From: a virus
Lineage: Duplodnaviria; Caudoviricetes
Direction: 5' to 3' (one strand)
Virus record (IMG/VR): IMGVR_UViG_3300047160_036266
Span: 160,001 to 224,000 of that record
DNA length: 64,000 nucleotides
Below, in pieces: positions 44,958-55,800 of the stretch. The notes beneath the pieces were generated by a model, which worked only from the letters and a program-made list of their open reading frames with translations, was not told the origin of the DNA and searched no databases. The first letter of the stretch is position 1. Every line of letters begins with the position of its first letter. A program made the translations under genes and the position numbers.

Positions 44958-45859
44958 TCCGTATAAAACCCCTGCGATTCCTGGCTTTCGTTGACCCGGC
45001 GGAACAAGTCGGCGGGCATGAATTGTTCCACGATTATCATGAACTTGCCGGCCAGTTCTTTGTCGCAGGTGTTAATTGCTTTCTGAAGCGCCGCCTTGTC
45101 ATAACCGAAGCAACGATAGGCCACCGAAGGGTCATCCTCCTCCAAAAGCTCCTCGTTAAGCTCCCAGAACCGGCGGTAGCCGCCCTTGTTCACGAAATGG
45201 AGGACGAAATCACAAATGTCCCAGACCAGCCCAACCTGGCGGGGTGACTCCAGCCAGAAGGCGCTCAAGGGACGATATTCCAGGCCATAGTCCTTTTCCC
45301 GGTGGCTGCCGGCCAGACCGTAAACGCTGCGCCGGTCCTTACTCGTCTTATCTTGCTCCATGAAGACGGACGGGATGCCCAGGAACAAGTCGAGCATATA
45401 AACCACGAACGGCTTTTCCCATGAGTTTTGCAGGACTCCTCCACCGCCCAAATGGATATGTCCGCCCGCCGTGCGGAAATTCGACTTCTTTATTACCCCC
45501 TTGGGCGGCTCGATCACCTGAAGGGTGTAAGCGTCCCATTCTTCCACGCAGCCGACCTCTCGTGCCTCCTTGGTCTGCATCTGACTCTCCGGGAATTCCT
45601 GAGATGCCTGGATGTGCAGTTTGTAAGGCTTCACCATTTTGGTGTAGAGGGTGAAACAGTCTTGGAAGTTCTTGAGGACTTCCGCACGGTTTTTCCCTGG
45701 TTTTATGGCGCATTCAGCCAGCACGTTGTCGTAGTAGAATTGGTGCCCGCCCATGTCGAGCCGGTATTGCCGGTCGCCCTTGACGATGCCGATGGCGCTG
45801 TAATACTTCCCGCCCTTCATCAGAAGGAACTCAGGATCACTGCCGAAGGTAAACCCCAT
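44942..45859 (-). CDS. phiEco32-like COOH-NH2 ligase type 2 (amidoligase)
   Basis: GSDPEF, DNVLAE, RTAGGHIH, YGLAGSHR..YGLEYRPLSAFW. Confidence 0.88.
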   Translation of the reverse strand: MGFTFGSDPEFLLMKGGKYYSAIGIVKGDRQYRLDMGGHQFYYDNVLAECAIKPGKNRAEVLKNFQDCFTLYTKMVKPYKLHIQASQEFPESQMQTKEAREVGCVEEWDAYTLQVIEPPKGVIKKSNFRTAGGHIHLGGGGVLQNSWEKPFVVYMLDLFLGIPSVFMEQDKTSKDRRSVYGLAGSHREKDYGLEYRPLSAFWLESPRQVGLVWDICDFVLHFVNKGGYRRFWELNEELLEEDDPSVAYRCFGYDKAALQKAINTCDKELAGKFMIIVEQFMPADLFRRVNESQESQGFYTEWGLD

Positions 45860-45871
45860 AAGACCACTCCT

Positions 45872-46681
45872 TTAGTAACGGTGCCAGTAGGGTATGTAGA
45901 GCTTGGTCGCTTCATTCGAGAACGACACAATGCCCATCTCGTTGTGCATCGTGTCGATGTCCATGTCCTCTGGGTAGTTATCAAAGATGTCCCGGTGGAA
46001 GAGCCGGCGGGGTCCATAACGCATGATCTTCTGAATGCCGTCTTTGGCCTCTTCCAACTGCGTCTTGTCCGACGTGTAGCGACCTTTCTGGTACGACTCC
46101 ACAATGCCGGTGCGGACGTGACTAATGGTGAAGTTCCACGGCGACCCGACCTTATGAGCAAAGCCCACCCGGATGAACAAGGTGTACAACGACAGCATGG
46201 GTGGGGCAATTTGCCAGAGGCGGCTGCCCTCGAAAAGCCAGACCCCGCACTTCTGATATTTGCGGGGCGTTGGCAGGCAGCGGGTGCAAGTGGTCTTACG
46301 GAGTTTCAAACGAGCCTCGATTTGATTCAGGAAGTCGAGGCACGGCGCTATTTTGTTGCCGAAATCACTGTCTCGTGAGTTGGTTATAAGGATGCGCGTC
46401 CGCCGCAGGTCAATCGGCGGATGCTGGGACGGGTCGTACTCGAACCCGTAGGTTTCTTTTCGTGTATCGTATAAGTAGCCCTGGATGGCGTCTTGTAGGA
46501 AGTCCTTGCACCAGACGAAGTAGCAGCACTGGCGGTTGTCGGCAGAGAGCAGGGAATATTCCAAACCCTGGCGATAAACCTGGAGAATGCGAGGTTTATC
46601 CGCTTCCCTCGATATAAGCCACTGGACTTCGATTGGTTGGCGCATATTGTTGAGGCTATCAGCAAAATAAAGCCGGGTCAA
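45872..46681 (-). CDS. Hypothetical protein
   Basis: 269 aa, same strand and directly upstream of the ligase; start uncertain. Confidence 0.7.
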   Translation of the reverse strand: MTRLYFADSLNNMRQPIEVQWLISREADKPRILQVYRQGLEYSLLSADNRQCCYFVWCKDFLQDAIQGYLYDTRKETYGFEYDPSQHPPIDLRRTRILITNSRDSDFGNKIAPCLDFLNQIEARLKLRKTTCTRCLPTPRKYQKCGVWLFEGSRLWQIAPPMLSLYTLFIRVGFAHKVGSPWNFTISHVRTGIVESYQKGRYTSDKTQLEEAKDGIQKIMRYGPRRLFHRDIFDNYPEDMDIDTMHNEMGIVSFSNEATKLYIPYWHRY

Positions 46682-46698
46682 GCCTAAATATTGTAGTC

Positions 46699-46986
46699 AT
46701 GAACAGCTTCAAAGAGTTTTTCTGGGACGGGGAGGTTATTGGCTTGTACCTCAACCGCCAGGATTTGAAAATATCCGAGATCGCCCGCCACTGCTCGAAG
46801 TCCCAGGCCGAAATATATCGCATCCTGCACGACAACGGCATCAAGCCCAACCGGCTGAAGACCGGCCACGAGGCCGTGCAGCAGCTTGCCGAACGGGGCT
46901 GGACGGTGGGCGAAATTGCCAACATGACCGGCTACACGGATCGGAACGTCCGCTATATTCTCTCCAAGATGAGGCTGAGCGAGTGA
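46699..46986 (+). CDS. Tandem HTH protein
   Basis: ISEIARHCSKSQAEIYRIL and TVGEIANMTGYTDRNVRYIL. Confidence 0.75.
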   Translation: MNSFKEFFWDGEVIGLYLNRQDLKISEIARHCSKSQAEIYRILHDNGIKPNRLKTGHEAVQQLAERGWTVGEIANMTGYTDRNVRYILSKMRLSE

Positions 46987-47804
46987 TTACCAACAACGAT
47001 ATTGTCTTCGTTCTCTCCGGCGGTCCCAGCAATACCGATCCCAACGCCTCGCTGGGTGGGGAGCCGTCGTCGCACCAAGTAGCCCCCGGCATGGACAATC
47101 TTTTTGACGACATCACCGACCCCCAGGCTACCCAGGGTCGCACGGACTACCGCTGTTTTTATATTTTCAACAACAGCGCCACGGACAACTTCTTCAATAC
47201 GGCCCTGTGGATCGACTCCGTGACGGCGGGCAGCGGCGATATTTTCTTGGGTTTGACGTTGGCCAACGACCTGCAACAGATCGTCGTTACCGGCACCATC
47301 ACCGGCGGCTCCCTCGCCATCACCTACGAAAGCAGCACCGTAACCTGGAACTGGTCCTCGTCCCTGACGCAGTGGGCCTTGAACCTGCAAAATGCCCTGA
47401 ATACCATTACCAACCCGCCGTTGACCGGCGTGGCCGTCACAGTCAGCCAGTTGGGCCTGAATACCACCTTCCAGGTCCAGTTCGCCGGAAACGACGCCAA
47501 TCGCTATCAGCCTCTCCTAACCCACGGTAATATCAACACCCTGTTCGGTTGCACCGCCGTCGCCATCACCAAGATCGTGGACGGTGGCCCCATCAATTCC
47601 ATAGCCAATACCATCGACGTGGCCACCACCGTACCCTTCGGCATCAACTTCAGCCAACCGTCGATGTCCAGCCCCATTGCCCTGGGTGCCCTGCGCCATA
47701 CCGATGGCTTTCCCGTCTGGGTCCAGCGCAGCATTGCTCAGGGTTCCGGGGCAGTAGCCGGTGCGGGATTTGTCGCCCGCTATAACGGAAGCCCTATTTC
47801 CTGA
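46983..47804 (+). CDS. Putative virion structural protein
   Basis: LSGGPSNTDPNASLGG...NLFDD...DYRCFYI; Thr/Ser/Gly-rich. Confidence 0.65.
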   Translation: MITNNDIVFVLSGGPSNTDPNASLGGEPSSHQVAPGMDNLFDDITDPQATQGRTDYRCFYIFNNSATDNFFNTALWIDSVTAGSGDIFLGLTLANDLQQIVVTGTITGGSLAITYESSTVTWNWSSSLTQWALNLQNALNTITNPPLTGVAVTVSQLGLNTTFQVQFAGNDANRYQPLLTHGNINTLFGCTAVAITKIVDGGPINSIANTIDVATTVPFGINFSQPSMSSPIALGALRHTDGFPVWVQRSIAQGSGAVAGAGFVARYNGSPIS

Positions 47805-47855
47805 TTCTCACTTCCGGTTATAATTAGGCATGTCTCTAACCCTGAAAGGAACGCC

Positions 47856-48518
47856 ATGAAAATGCTGTTGCCTATTTTTGTTTGCCTGCTGGGATTGTGC
47901 CAAGCCCCTGCCCAAGAGGAAAAGAAGCCCGTTCGCAAGCCCACCTTGGGCGACTATGAGAAGGTGCTGAAATACTTCACCACCTGGAGCGACAACCTCA
48001 GCAACCCCGAACATTGGAAGAAGGTCACGTTTACCAACCGGAAGACCAAGGAGGTCAGGAAGTTCACCGACCTGTCCGACTATGAAAAGCACATCTTCTA
48101 TTTCATGTCCGCCGAAAAGCTGAGCAACGAGATGAAGCGCATGTCGGGCTTCTGGGAGGACGAATTGAAGAAGTTCAAGGCCCCCAAGGAAAAACCAAAG
48201 GACAAGGACGACGAGGACGAGGATCAAACCAAGGCCGATAAGAAGGAGCCTAAGAAGGAAGAAAAGAAGGACGAAAAGGACACCAAGAAGGAAGAAAAGA
48301 AGGACGACCCACTGGCCAAGGAAGCCACCAAGGCCGACGTGGAAAAATATTGCAAGCAACTGCTGGACATCCGCAAGAAGACTGCCGTGCGCTACGAGGC
48401 CCTGGCCGATAAACTGTTCACCACCTTTAAGGAAAAGTTCACCAAGGAAGAGATCGAACAGACCATGAAGCAGATTCGGGACTTCCACGACAAGGAAAAA
48501 CTCATCGAGCGGAAGTAA
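47856..48518 (+). CDS. Secreted, highly charged protein
   Basis: Signal peptide MKMLLPIFVCLLGLCQAPA; KKEEKKD repeats. Confidence 0.7.
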   Translation: MKMLLPIFVCLLGLCQAPAQEEKKPVRKPTLGDYEKVLKYFTTWSDNLSNPEHWKKVTFTNRKTKEVRKFTDLSDYEKHIFYFMSAEKLSNEMKRMSGFWEDELKKFKAPKEKPKDKDDEDEDQTKADKKEPKKEEKKDEKDTKKEEKKDDPLAKEATKADVEKYCKQLLDIRKKTAVRYEALADKLFTTFKEKFTKEEIEQTMKQIRDFHDKEKLIERK

Positions 48519-48519
48519 T

Positions 48520-49152
48520 ATGGAGAAGTGTCCTCTGACCGGGCTGGCATGTCCAAATCGAAAGCATATTCACGTCACTGATGTCACCAAGGAAGGTGTC
48601 ACATCACTCAGTTTGTGTGAAGTGTGCGCCCCAACTTTCCTGGGGGAAGCCAAGAAGCCCTCGCCGCCCGAACAACTATTGCAGAAGCATAAGGAAATGC
48701 TGCTGGAGCTTTTCCAGCAGCTTTTCCTTGCGCCGCTCAAAAAAGCTGCACCGCCCACTCCCCAGCCAGAGCCGATAGCCGACCCAGGCTGCCCGGAATG
48801 CGGTATCACTATCAACGAAATAGCGCAGACAGGGCGACTCGGCTGCCCGCACTGCTACGAACATTACAAACAGGAACTCCTGGGTGTCTTGCAGCACGCC
48901 CACGGTAGTATCCGGCACGTCGGCAAAGTGCCAAAGAATTGGCTCAAGAATAAACAAGAGCAGGAGGCCCAGGCCCAGGAAGAGGCCGTCAAGAAACAAC
49001 TACAAATCAATCCAGGCGAACTGATCGAGGACCAAATTCATCGCCTGGAGGCCGAGTTGGCTGAGGCCGTCAAACGAGAACATTACGAAGTCGCCGGCCA
49101 ACTGCGCGATGCCATCAAGGCCCTCCGGGAGCAGGCTCCCCCGGCGGAATAG
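48520..49152 (+). CDS. mcsA: McsA-like protein (Zn fingers plus UVR domain)
   Basis: CEVCA, CPECG...GRLGCPHCY...H.GK.P, AVKREHYEVAGQLRDAIK. Confidence 0.88.
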   Translation: MEKCPLTGLACPNRKHIHVTDVTKEGVTSLSLCEVCAPTFLGEAKKPSPPEQLLQKHKEMLLELFQQLFLAPLKKAAPPTPQPEPIADPGCPECGITINEIAQTGRLGCPHCYEHYKQELLGVLQHAHGSIRHVGKVPKNWLKNKQEQEAQAQEEAVKKQLQINPGELIEDQIHRLEAELAEAVKREHYEVAGQLRDAIKALREQAPPAE

Positions 49153-49870
49153 GCGATAATTCCCCCTCATTCCAGAGCCAATTGAACGTGTCCAAATAAA
49201 GGGGCCGATAAGGTTGTGGTATCCCTTCGTGGTATTTATTGTAAATGAGTTCTTTGATGACTACCGCTTCCTTCCTTCCCGATTTGGTCGTGGCCCATAC
49301 CGTTGAGCCTATATCGTACTTGAAATAGACGTTCCAGGGTCGCACCGGCAAGACCGGCATCACCGGGAAGTGTTCGAGCAACCAGTCCCAATACTGGTTG
49401 AAGCACTGGACCAAATAATTGGCTGTATCTTCGTCGCACAGTTCATCGCCATTGTATAGGGCGTTCAAGGTGTCCGTAATCAAGTAGCCCTCGTTGCCCA
49501 TGTCCTCAATGCACTTGATGGTGATAGTTTCCAACTTGCCCCAGCGGGCCTTGTATGCCAGGTAGACCGTATCCCCCACTTCAAATCGGTAATCCGTGTA
49601 GCCGCCATCGTAACTGTCGTAGGGAGTGGGTTGCGTGTCGCCGCAGCCATCGGGCTGCGGCCCGTATTCCTCTTCCTCCTCCTGCATGTACTGTTCATAC
49701 TGTTCAATCAAAGCGAGTGCTTCGGCCTCACTGCACAGTTCGTAGCTGTTATACAGGGCATTGAAGGTATCCGTAATCAAAGAGCCGTTGATGCACTTGA
49801 TGGTAATGGATTCCAACCGGCCTCTGCGGGCCTTGTAAGCAAGGAAGAAGGTATCACCGACTGCAAACAT
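49115..49870 (-). CDS. Protein with three internal ~55-aa repeats
   Basis: FAVGDT.. / FEVGDT.. / YDIGST.., each ending in (I/L)xDTxNxLxNxxEL; GGAGG SD. Confidence 0.75.
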   Translation of the reverse strand: MFAVGDTFFLAYKARRGRLESITIKCINGSLITDTFNALYNSYELCSEAEALALIEQYEQYMQEEEEEYGPQPDGCGDTQPTPYDSYDGGYTDYRFEVGDTVYLAYKARWGKLETITIKCIEDMGNEGYLITDTLNALYNGDELCDEDTANYLVQCFNQYWDWLLEHFPVMPVLPVRPWNVYFKYDIGSTVWATTKSGRKEAVVIKELIYNKYHEGIPQPYRPLYLDTFNWLWNEGELSPIPPGEPAPGGP

Positions 49871-49871
49871 A

Positions 49872-52800
49872 TTACCTCCTTCTGCCCCGTTGTTTGTTGG
49901 CCTTGGTTTGCTGCATATTGACCCTCTCCACCGGGGCGGTGCGGGTCGAACTGGATACGGCACGTCCGGCCTTCACGGGGGTGTGCTTCCCGCTGACCCT
50001 CTGGCTCTGGCCCGACCGTCCCGGTACATGCTTGTGGACGTAAGGGGTTGGTATCAAGACTGTGGGCGGTGGGTAACGGCCAACCGGAACGTCCTGTGGC
50101 GGCACCGGAACCGGCGGGGTGGTCGGAACATGCGTCAGGTTCATGAACTGTGAGGGGTGGGTCGGCGCTACGGCCTTAGCGGGGGCTAATGTATAGTTGA
50201 CGCACCCGAAGGCATTGTAGTTGCGAATCGTCTTCCCGTTTTGGGTGGCGGTAATATTGCTCTCGCCGTAGTGTGAAGCCCCACCTTCCAAAGCCTTTTG
50301 AAATGTCATTGCCTGGTAAATCGGGTACTGGTACACCACGCTGAGCATGTCCTCCCGGAAGATACGCCCGGATACCATGACGTAGACGTTCTGCTGGGCC
50401 GTCATGTGGACGGATTCCACAACCTCGACCCGGCAACCTTGCCCCTGGGCGTATACCCATGTTCCCGGCGGGTAAAGGATCGTGCGGCTGGGCAGAGCAA
50501 CAATTTGACCGATGCCATTGACCACCGCATAACCTACCGACGTGCCGGTGGTGTTCAGGATGTACCACGGCTTCGGAGTGAGCTTGGTTGTGCAGGAAAT
50601 ATTCGCCGCCGCAACCCAATGGGCATTGGCATAGGCACCTACCGTGGTATTGCCCGCCAATAGTGCATTGCCAGCAGAAATAACATCCGCATCCGCACCA
50701 AAGTACCATTCGCAAACCACGGACGCAATCCCTCCCAGGATCACGCCGGCAAATGCACCCGTCGTGGTTACGGCCTGCATGTGGCAGACACCGGCTTCGA
50801 TGGCCACGTTGAAGGCTATCAACGTCGTGTCGGCTGCCAATAGGGCCGTTCCACGCAAGGTCATCTGAGCAGTGGACGCCAGGGTGGTGTCGGACGTGAG
50901 GGTGGCTGCGGCGACATAATCAACAATCGCATAGGCAGATAGGGACGCCACGCTCTGAATGGACACCCCCGAAACATGCGCCGTCCAACCCGTGACCAGA
51001 GTGGTTGTGATTGCCCCCAGGCTCGCTTGCCCGTCGAAAATTTCCGACTCCACTGCCGTCAACGTCGTCGTGGAGACGAGTGCGGCCCCAGCAGTGTGCA
51101 GAACGGTAGTAGGTGCCGTCAAGCTGGTGATGCAGGTGAGGATTCCTCGTGGGCCGACGTAGGCGGCTGGGACCAGCGTGGTCTGTGCCGTTATAAGGGC
51201 GACTGCATTGTGGACCGTCAGGCCGGTAGCTGTCACGCTGCTGGTGGCCGTTATATTGGTCACGCCGTTGTGCATTACAGCAGCAGTCGAGGCTACGGTG
51301 GTCACATCGGTCAGCAAGGCGTTTGCGCCCAATATCGTGTCTGCTTGGGCGAGGAACACGGTCGTGGCCGTCATCATGACGTTGCCGACTATAGTGCCGA
51401 CCGTGGCGGCGATGATGGTTGTCTTGCCTCGCATGACAGCGGCAGCCTTGCGGGCGACCTGCGACGTGGCAGCCAGTGTCGTTTTCGCTACTATCGTGGC
51501 TGCGGCGGGCTGAATGGCCAACCCCGCCATCGCCGTGAGCGTGGTATTGACGAGGATTTGGGTGCTGGCTATGTGCGCTACCACGCCCGAAGCGGTCAGC
51601 ATCGTAAAGGCTTGCAAGCCGCCAGCAGCATTGCGAACCGGGTTGCTGGTGGCCGAAACGAGCGTCGTGGCAGCCAATATTGCGGTGCCTGATCGCACCG
51701 ACGCTGGGGTTGCCCCAACGGTAGTATTTCCGATTATATTGCTTCCGCCAGCGTAGACGGCGTTGGCGGCAGCACCAACCGTCGTAACATCCATCAAGTT
51801 GGCAACGGCCTCGTGAGCGATACGACCGGATGAAGTGAAGGTGGTGATCGCCAGTATGTTGACGTGGGCCACCATTGTCCCGGACGTGGCTGCTGTAATT
51901 GTGGTCTTGGCGGTAAGAACCGCAGCGCCCAGGTGGATTGTCGTGCCGGTTACTGTCAAGGAGGAATCGCCCACGATAATGCTCGTGGCATTGTGCGTGA
52001 CAGCACTCGTGCTGGCAAGTGTTACAGTTGCTCCAAGCACAACCGAGGCGGGACGAGAGACTGAGGCGACCGGCAGCAACTTGGTCTGGCTGGTTATATT
52101 GGCGATAGCGTTGTGGAGTACCACGCCCGTACTGGTCAGGGTGGACGTGGCAACGATAAATGCCGCCCCCATGCGTACAGGTGCCGAGTTGGCCATCAGC
52201 AGCGTGATGGCGCTCATGTCGCTCGTAGTGTTGTGCCTGACGGCAGGAGTTATTGCAACAGTTGATACATCGACCAGGGCTGCTGAGGCCCCCATGTTTA
52301 CTTCGGCAATGCCACCCACCAGAGTGCTGCAACTTAACGTAGCCCCGCCGACCACCCGGCGTGATGTGGCGGCTGTAATTGTGGTGATGGAATCCAGTGC
52401 CGCCACGGCGTTGTGGGCCAGGCTGACTTGGGGCGAAACCGTGGTTTGCACGGCCATGTTGCAAGCGCCGGCATGAGTTACTACGCCCGTGCTTAGGAAG
52501 GTGGCGGTTGCGGGTATCAATATCGCCGCTGGACGGATAGCCGATGCGTTGGCTGCAACCGAGGTAACAGCCACAAGATAGCCTATGCCAGTGTGGACTG
52601 CTGCGCCGTTTACGGTAGTGGTGCAGATACCCGTCAGCGATACAGAACCACCGAGGTTGACATTTGGCACTGCCCCAAAGGTCGTGCTACACGTTATCAC
52701 CGCATGACCGACTTTTGTACCCGATGTGGCCAAGACCATCGTAGTCTGGGCGGTCAGGGTCGCAGCCCCATTGTGGACAGGACTTGCAGCGACCATCACG

Positions 52801-55800
52801 GCTGACTGCGCCAGCATGGCACTGGAGCCGATATGATCTACCACTCCCGTCACTAACAGGGTTGTTGTTGCACCTATGGTAGCCGCTCCGTTGCGGGTTG
52901 GAGCGGCAACCGCCATAACCAGAGCAGTGCTGACGATATGGCACGTCGCCCCTTGAGTTACGGCAGCGGTGGTCCCAACGGTAGCAATATCCGTCAAGGA
53001 AGCCGATGCCCCCAACTCGACACTTGGCACCGCCCCCATAACCGTGACACAGCTTAACGATGCTTCGACGGCTACTTTGTTCGACGTGAACGCCGTTATG
53101 GTGGATATGGCCGCTAGGTTTGCAGTGCCACTGTACACCGGGTTGGCGGCAGGGAGAACTGTCGAAGTGGCCACCAAGGCGACTGCGGCTGTATGCGTGA
53201 CGGCGGCACTTGCTGTTACCTGGGTGCTACCCTTTATGGCTGTACCGGCACCGTAAAGTGTCTTGCCAATTGAGGTCACGGTGACAGTGGCGGCTATTGC
53301 AGCAGCCGCCGGTCGTGCTGCCACCGAAGTTGCCGCCAAAGTCGTCACTGCCCCCATATTGGCAGTACCAGTATGCGTGGCACTCCCGACTGCCAGGACG
53401 CTCGAAACGATGTGCAGGCGGGTATCGGCGTTGCGGATCGCCCCGGCAAAGCTCGTGACGACGGTGTTGACCGTAAAGATTACATCGCCAACAAGCGTGC
53501 CTGACGTGGCAGCCGATATTGTGGTCCTGGCGGTCATGCTGACTGCGCCCACATGCGACACTGCTGCCATACTTGTTACGATGGCGTTGCCGACCAACAA
53601 GGCATGGGCAGCGTGCGACACAATGCCGGTGGTGGCGAGCGTTGTGTCTGCCTGCAATGACAGGACTGCGTTGCGGGCGGCAATGGCAGTGCCGGAAACA
53701 GTCAAATCGGATGCCAACAGGGCAGTGGCGGAATAGGCTACCCTGCCAGCATCCGTCAATGTCGTTCTTGCAACCAAAGCAGCAGCGTCCCAGCGAATAG
53801 CAGCCGGCGTTGCGGCCACTATTGTTTGGGCAGCCAAGCTGGCGGCAGCATTATGCGTGACCGTGCCGGTGGGCTGGGCTACCTTAGTCAGCACGCTGAA
53901 GTTGTCCCAGATCGGGTTGGGGTCCGAGACGCTACACAAGCCAACTCTAGTGTCGGTTAAGGTTGCGGTCTGAGTGGCCCCTGTGTGCGTGCCCTTTAGG
54001 ACACCATTGAGGTAAACGTCAACGGTGTCACCGGATACGGTGATCCCAATTGTGTCACCATTGACCGGCGTATATCCCAGGTCAAGGTACAGTGTGCCGG
54101 CGTTGCTAATTACCTCGTAGAGTTTACCCTTGATGCCCCATATCCACAGGTTGTTTGTGTCGATGATGCGGAAGATAAGGCCGTTGTCATTGACGCCGGG
54201 GTTGACGAACGTGATTTGGGCGCTGTAATGGGTGGTGCCGGTATTGGCCCAGGCATAACCGTTCCCACCCAGATTGTTAAGCTGGTTGTTCTGGATATAC
54301 CATGTGCCGGCTGCGACGGTCCATGCTTGCCCCGAATCCATCGTGTGGTTTTGCAGGTAAGTCGAATTCACGTCGGTGAAGTGGTCGAGCAGTTGGACGC
54401 TGACACCGTTCGTGGTGGAAATCAAAGTGGCACCCGCATGGCGGACGGCGGCAGGGATTGCGACAACAGCCGTCGTGGCCTGGATGCTAACAGCACCGGG
54501 TCGGGCAACCGCCGCTGGCGATATGAGGGTGCTTAGAGCCGCCAGGAGGGTGGTCCCGTTGTGGGTAACGGTGGTCGTAGATGCTGTGGTACTGATCGCC
54601 GTTATACGACAGACACCGGCAGCGGTTATACAGCCAACACCACCAAAGCTGGTATCGCCCTGTAACATGACATGGCCGACCAGGGTGCCGGATGTGGCCG
54701 CTGTAATGGTGGTGGTCGCCGTAAGGGTGGCGGCAGCATTACGGGTAACAACCGCCCTTACCCAAGCCGACGCATTGCAGACAAATGACGTTACGCCCGT
54801 ATGGAAGACGGCAGCCTGCCCGATCACGTTGGTAGTGCCGGACAGCAAGATTGCAGCACTGGACTGTGTTCTGCCCGTTCCAACCAGCAGGGAGTTTGCC
54901 GACAATGCGGCAATGGCATTATGAGTGACCATCACCGGGTTGCCGACCTGCATTCCGCCGTTGATGGGACCAGCATTGATTGGCTGGGAGTCAATCATAC
55001 CGAGGTAGCTGTACCTCAGAGCCAGCGTGGCGTTGGCCTCAAGTGCCGCCCCGGCACGCATTGTACCCTGGCTTGTAGCCGCCAAAGTGGCACTTGCTGC
55101 AAGGGTGCTAACTGCATTGCGAATGCAGCGTCCCGTCGTCGCCAGGTGAGTAGTGGCCGATATAAACGCGATGCCCCGGTGTTTGGATGCTGCTTTCGCG
55201 CCAACCGTGGCCCTATTCGTGAGGCTGGCAAAGCCGGGTCGCAATGCTGCCGACCGTGCGATTATGGTGTTCAATGCACGCATGACCGCCGAGGCCACAT
55301 GGGTAACTGCGGCGGTAGCCGCCGTGGTGGTGACGGCAACAAGATTCGCTGTTGCGTTGTGGGTAAGTTTGGCCGTCACCGCAAGCGTCGTATTGGCCTG
55401 CAATACGGCATGGCCCACTAAAGTGCCACTTGTTGCCGCCGTAATGGTGGTAGTGGCCGTCAACATTGCCCCAGCGACACGGGTGGCGACGGCTCTGGCC
55501 AAAACTAGCGTATTGCCAGTGAGTAAGCTGGCAGCCACATGAGTCACCCGACCGGCGGCGACTAGGCTCGATCCCGCAATTATCGTAGTCGTTGCACTGT
55601 GGACGATCACACCCGTAACCAGGGTTGTGGTTGTCGCCAGGAGTGGGGCCACCGCATGATGAACGACCAAGCTCGTTCCGGCAAATGTCGTATTCGCTGC
55701 GATATTAAAGACGGCGTTGCGGACAGGACTGGCCGTGGCAGCCAGCGTGGTCTTGGCCGATATATTGGCGACGGCATTGTGTGCCGTGCTGGCGAATGCG

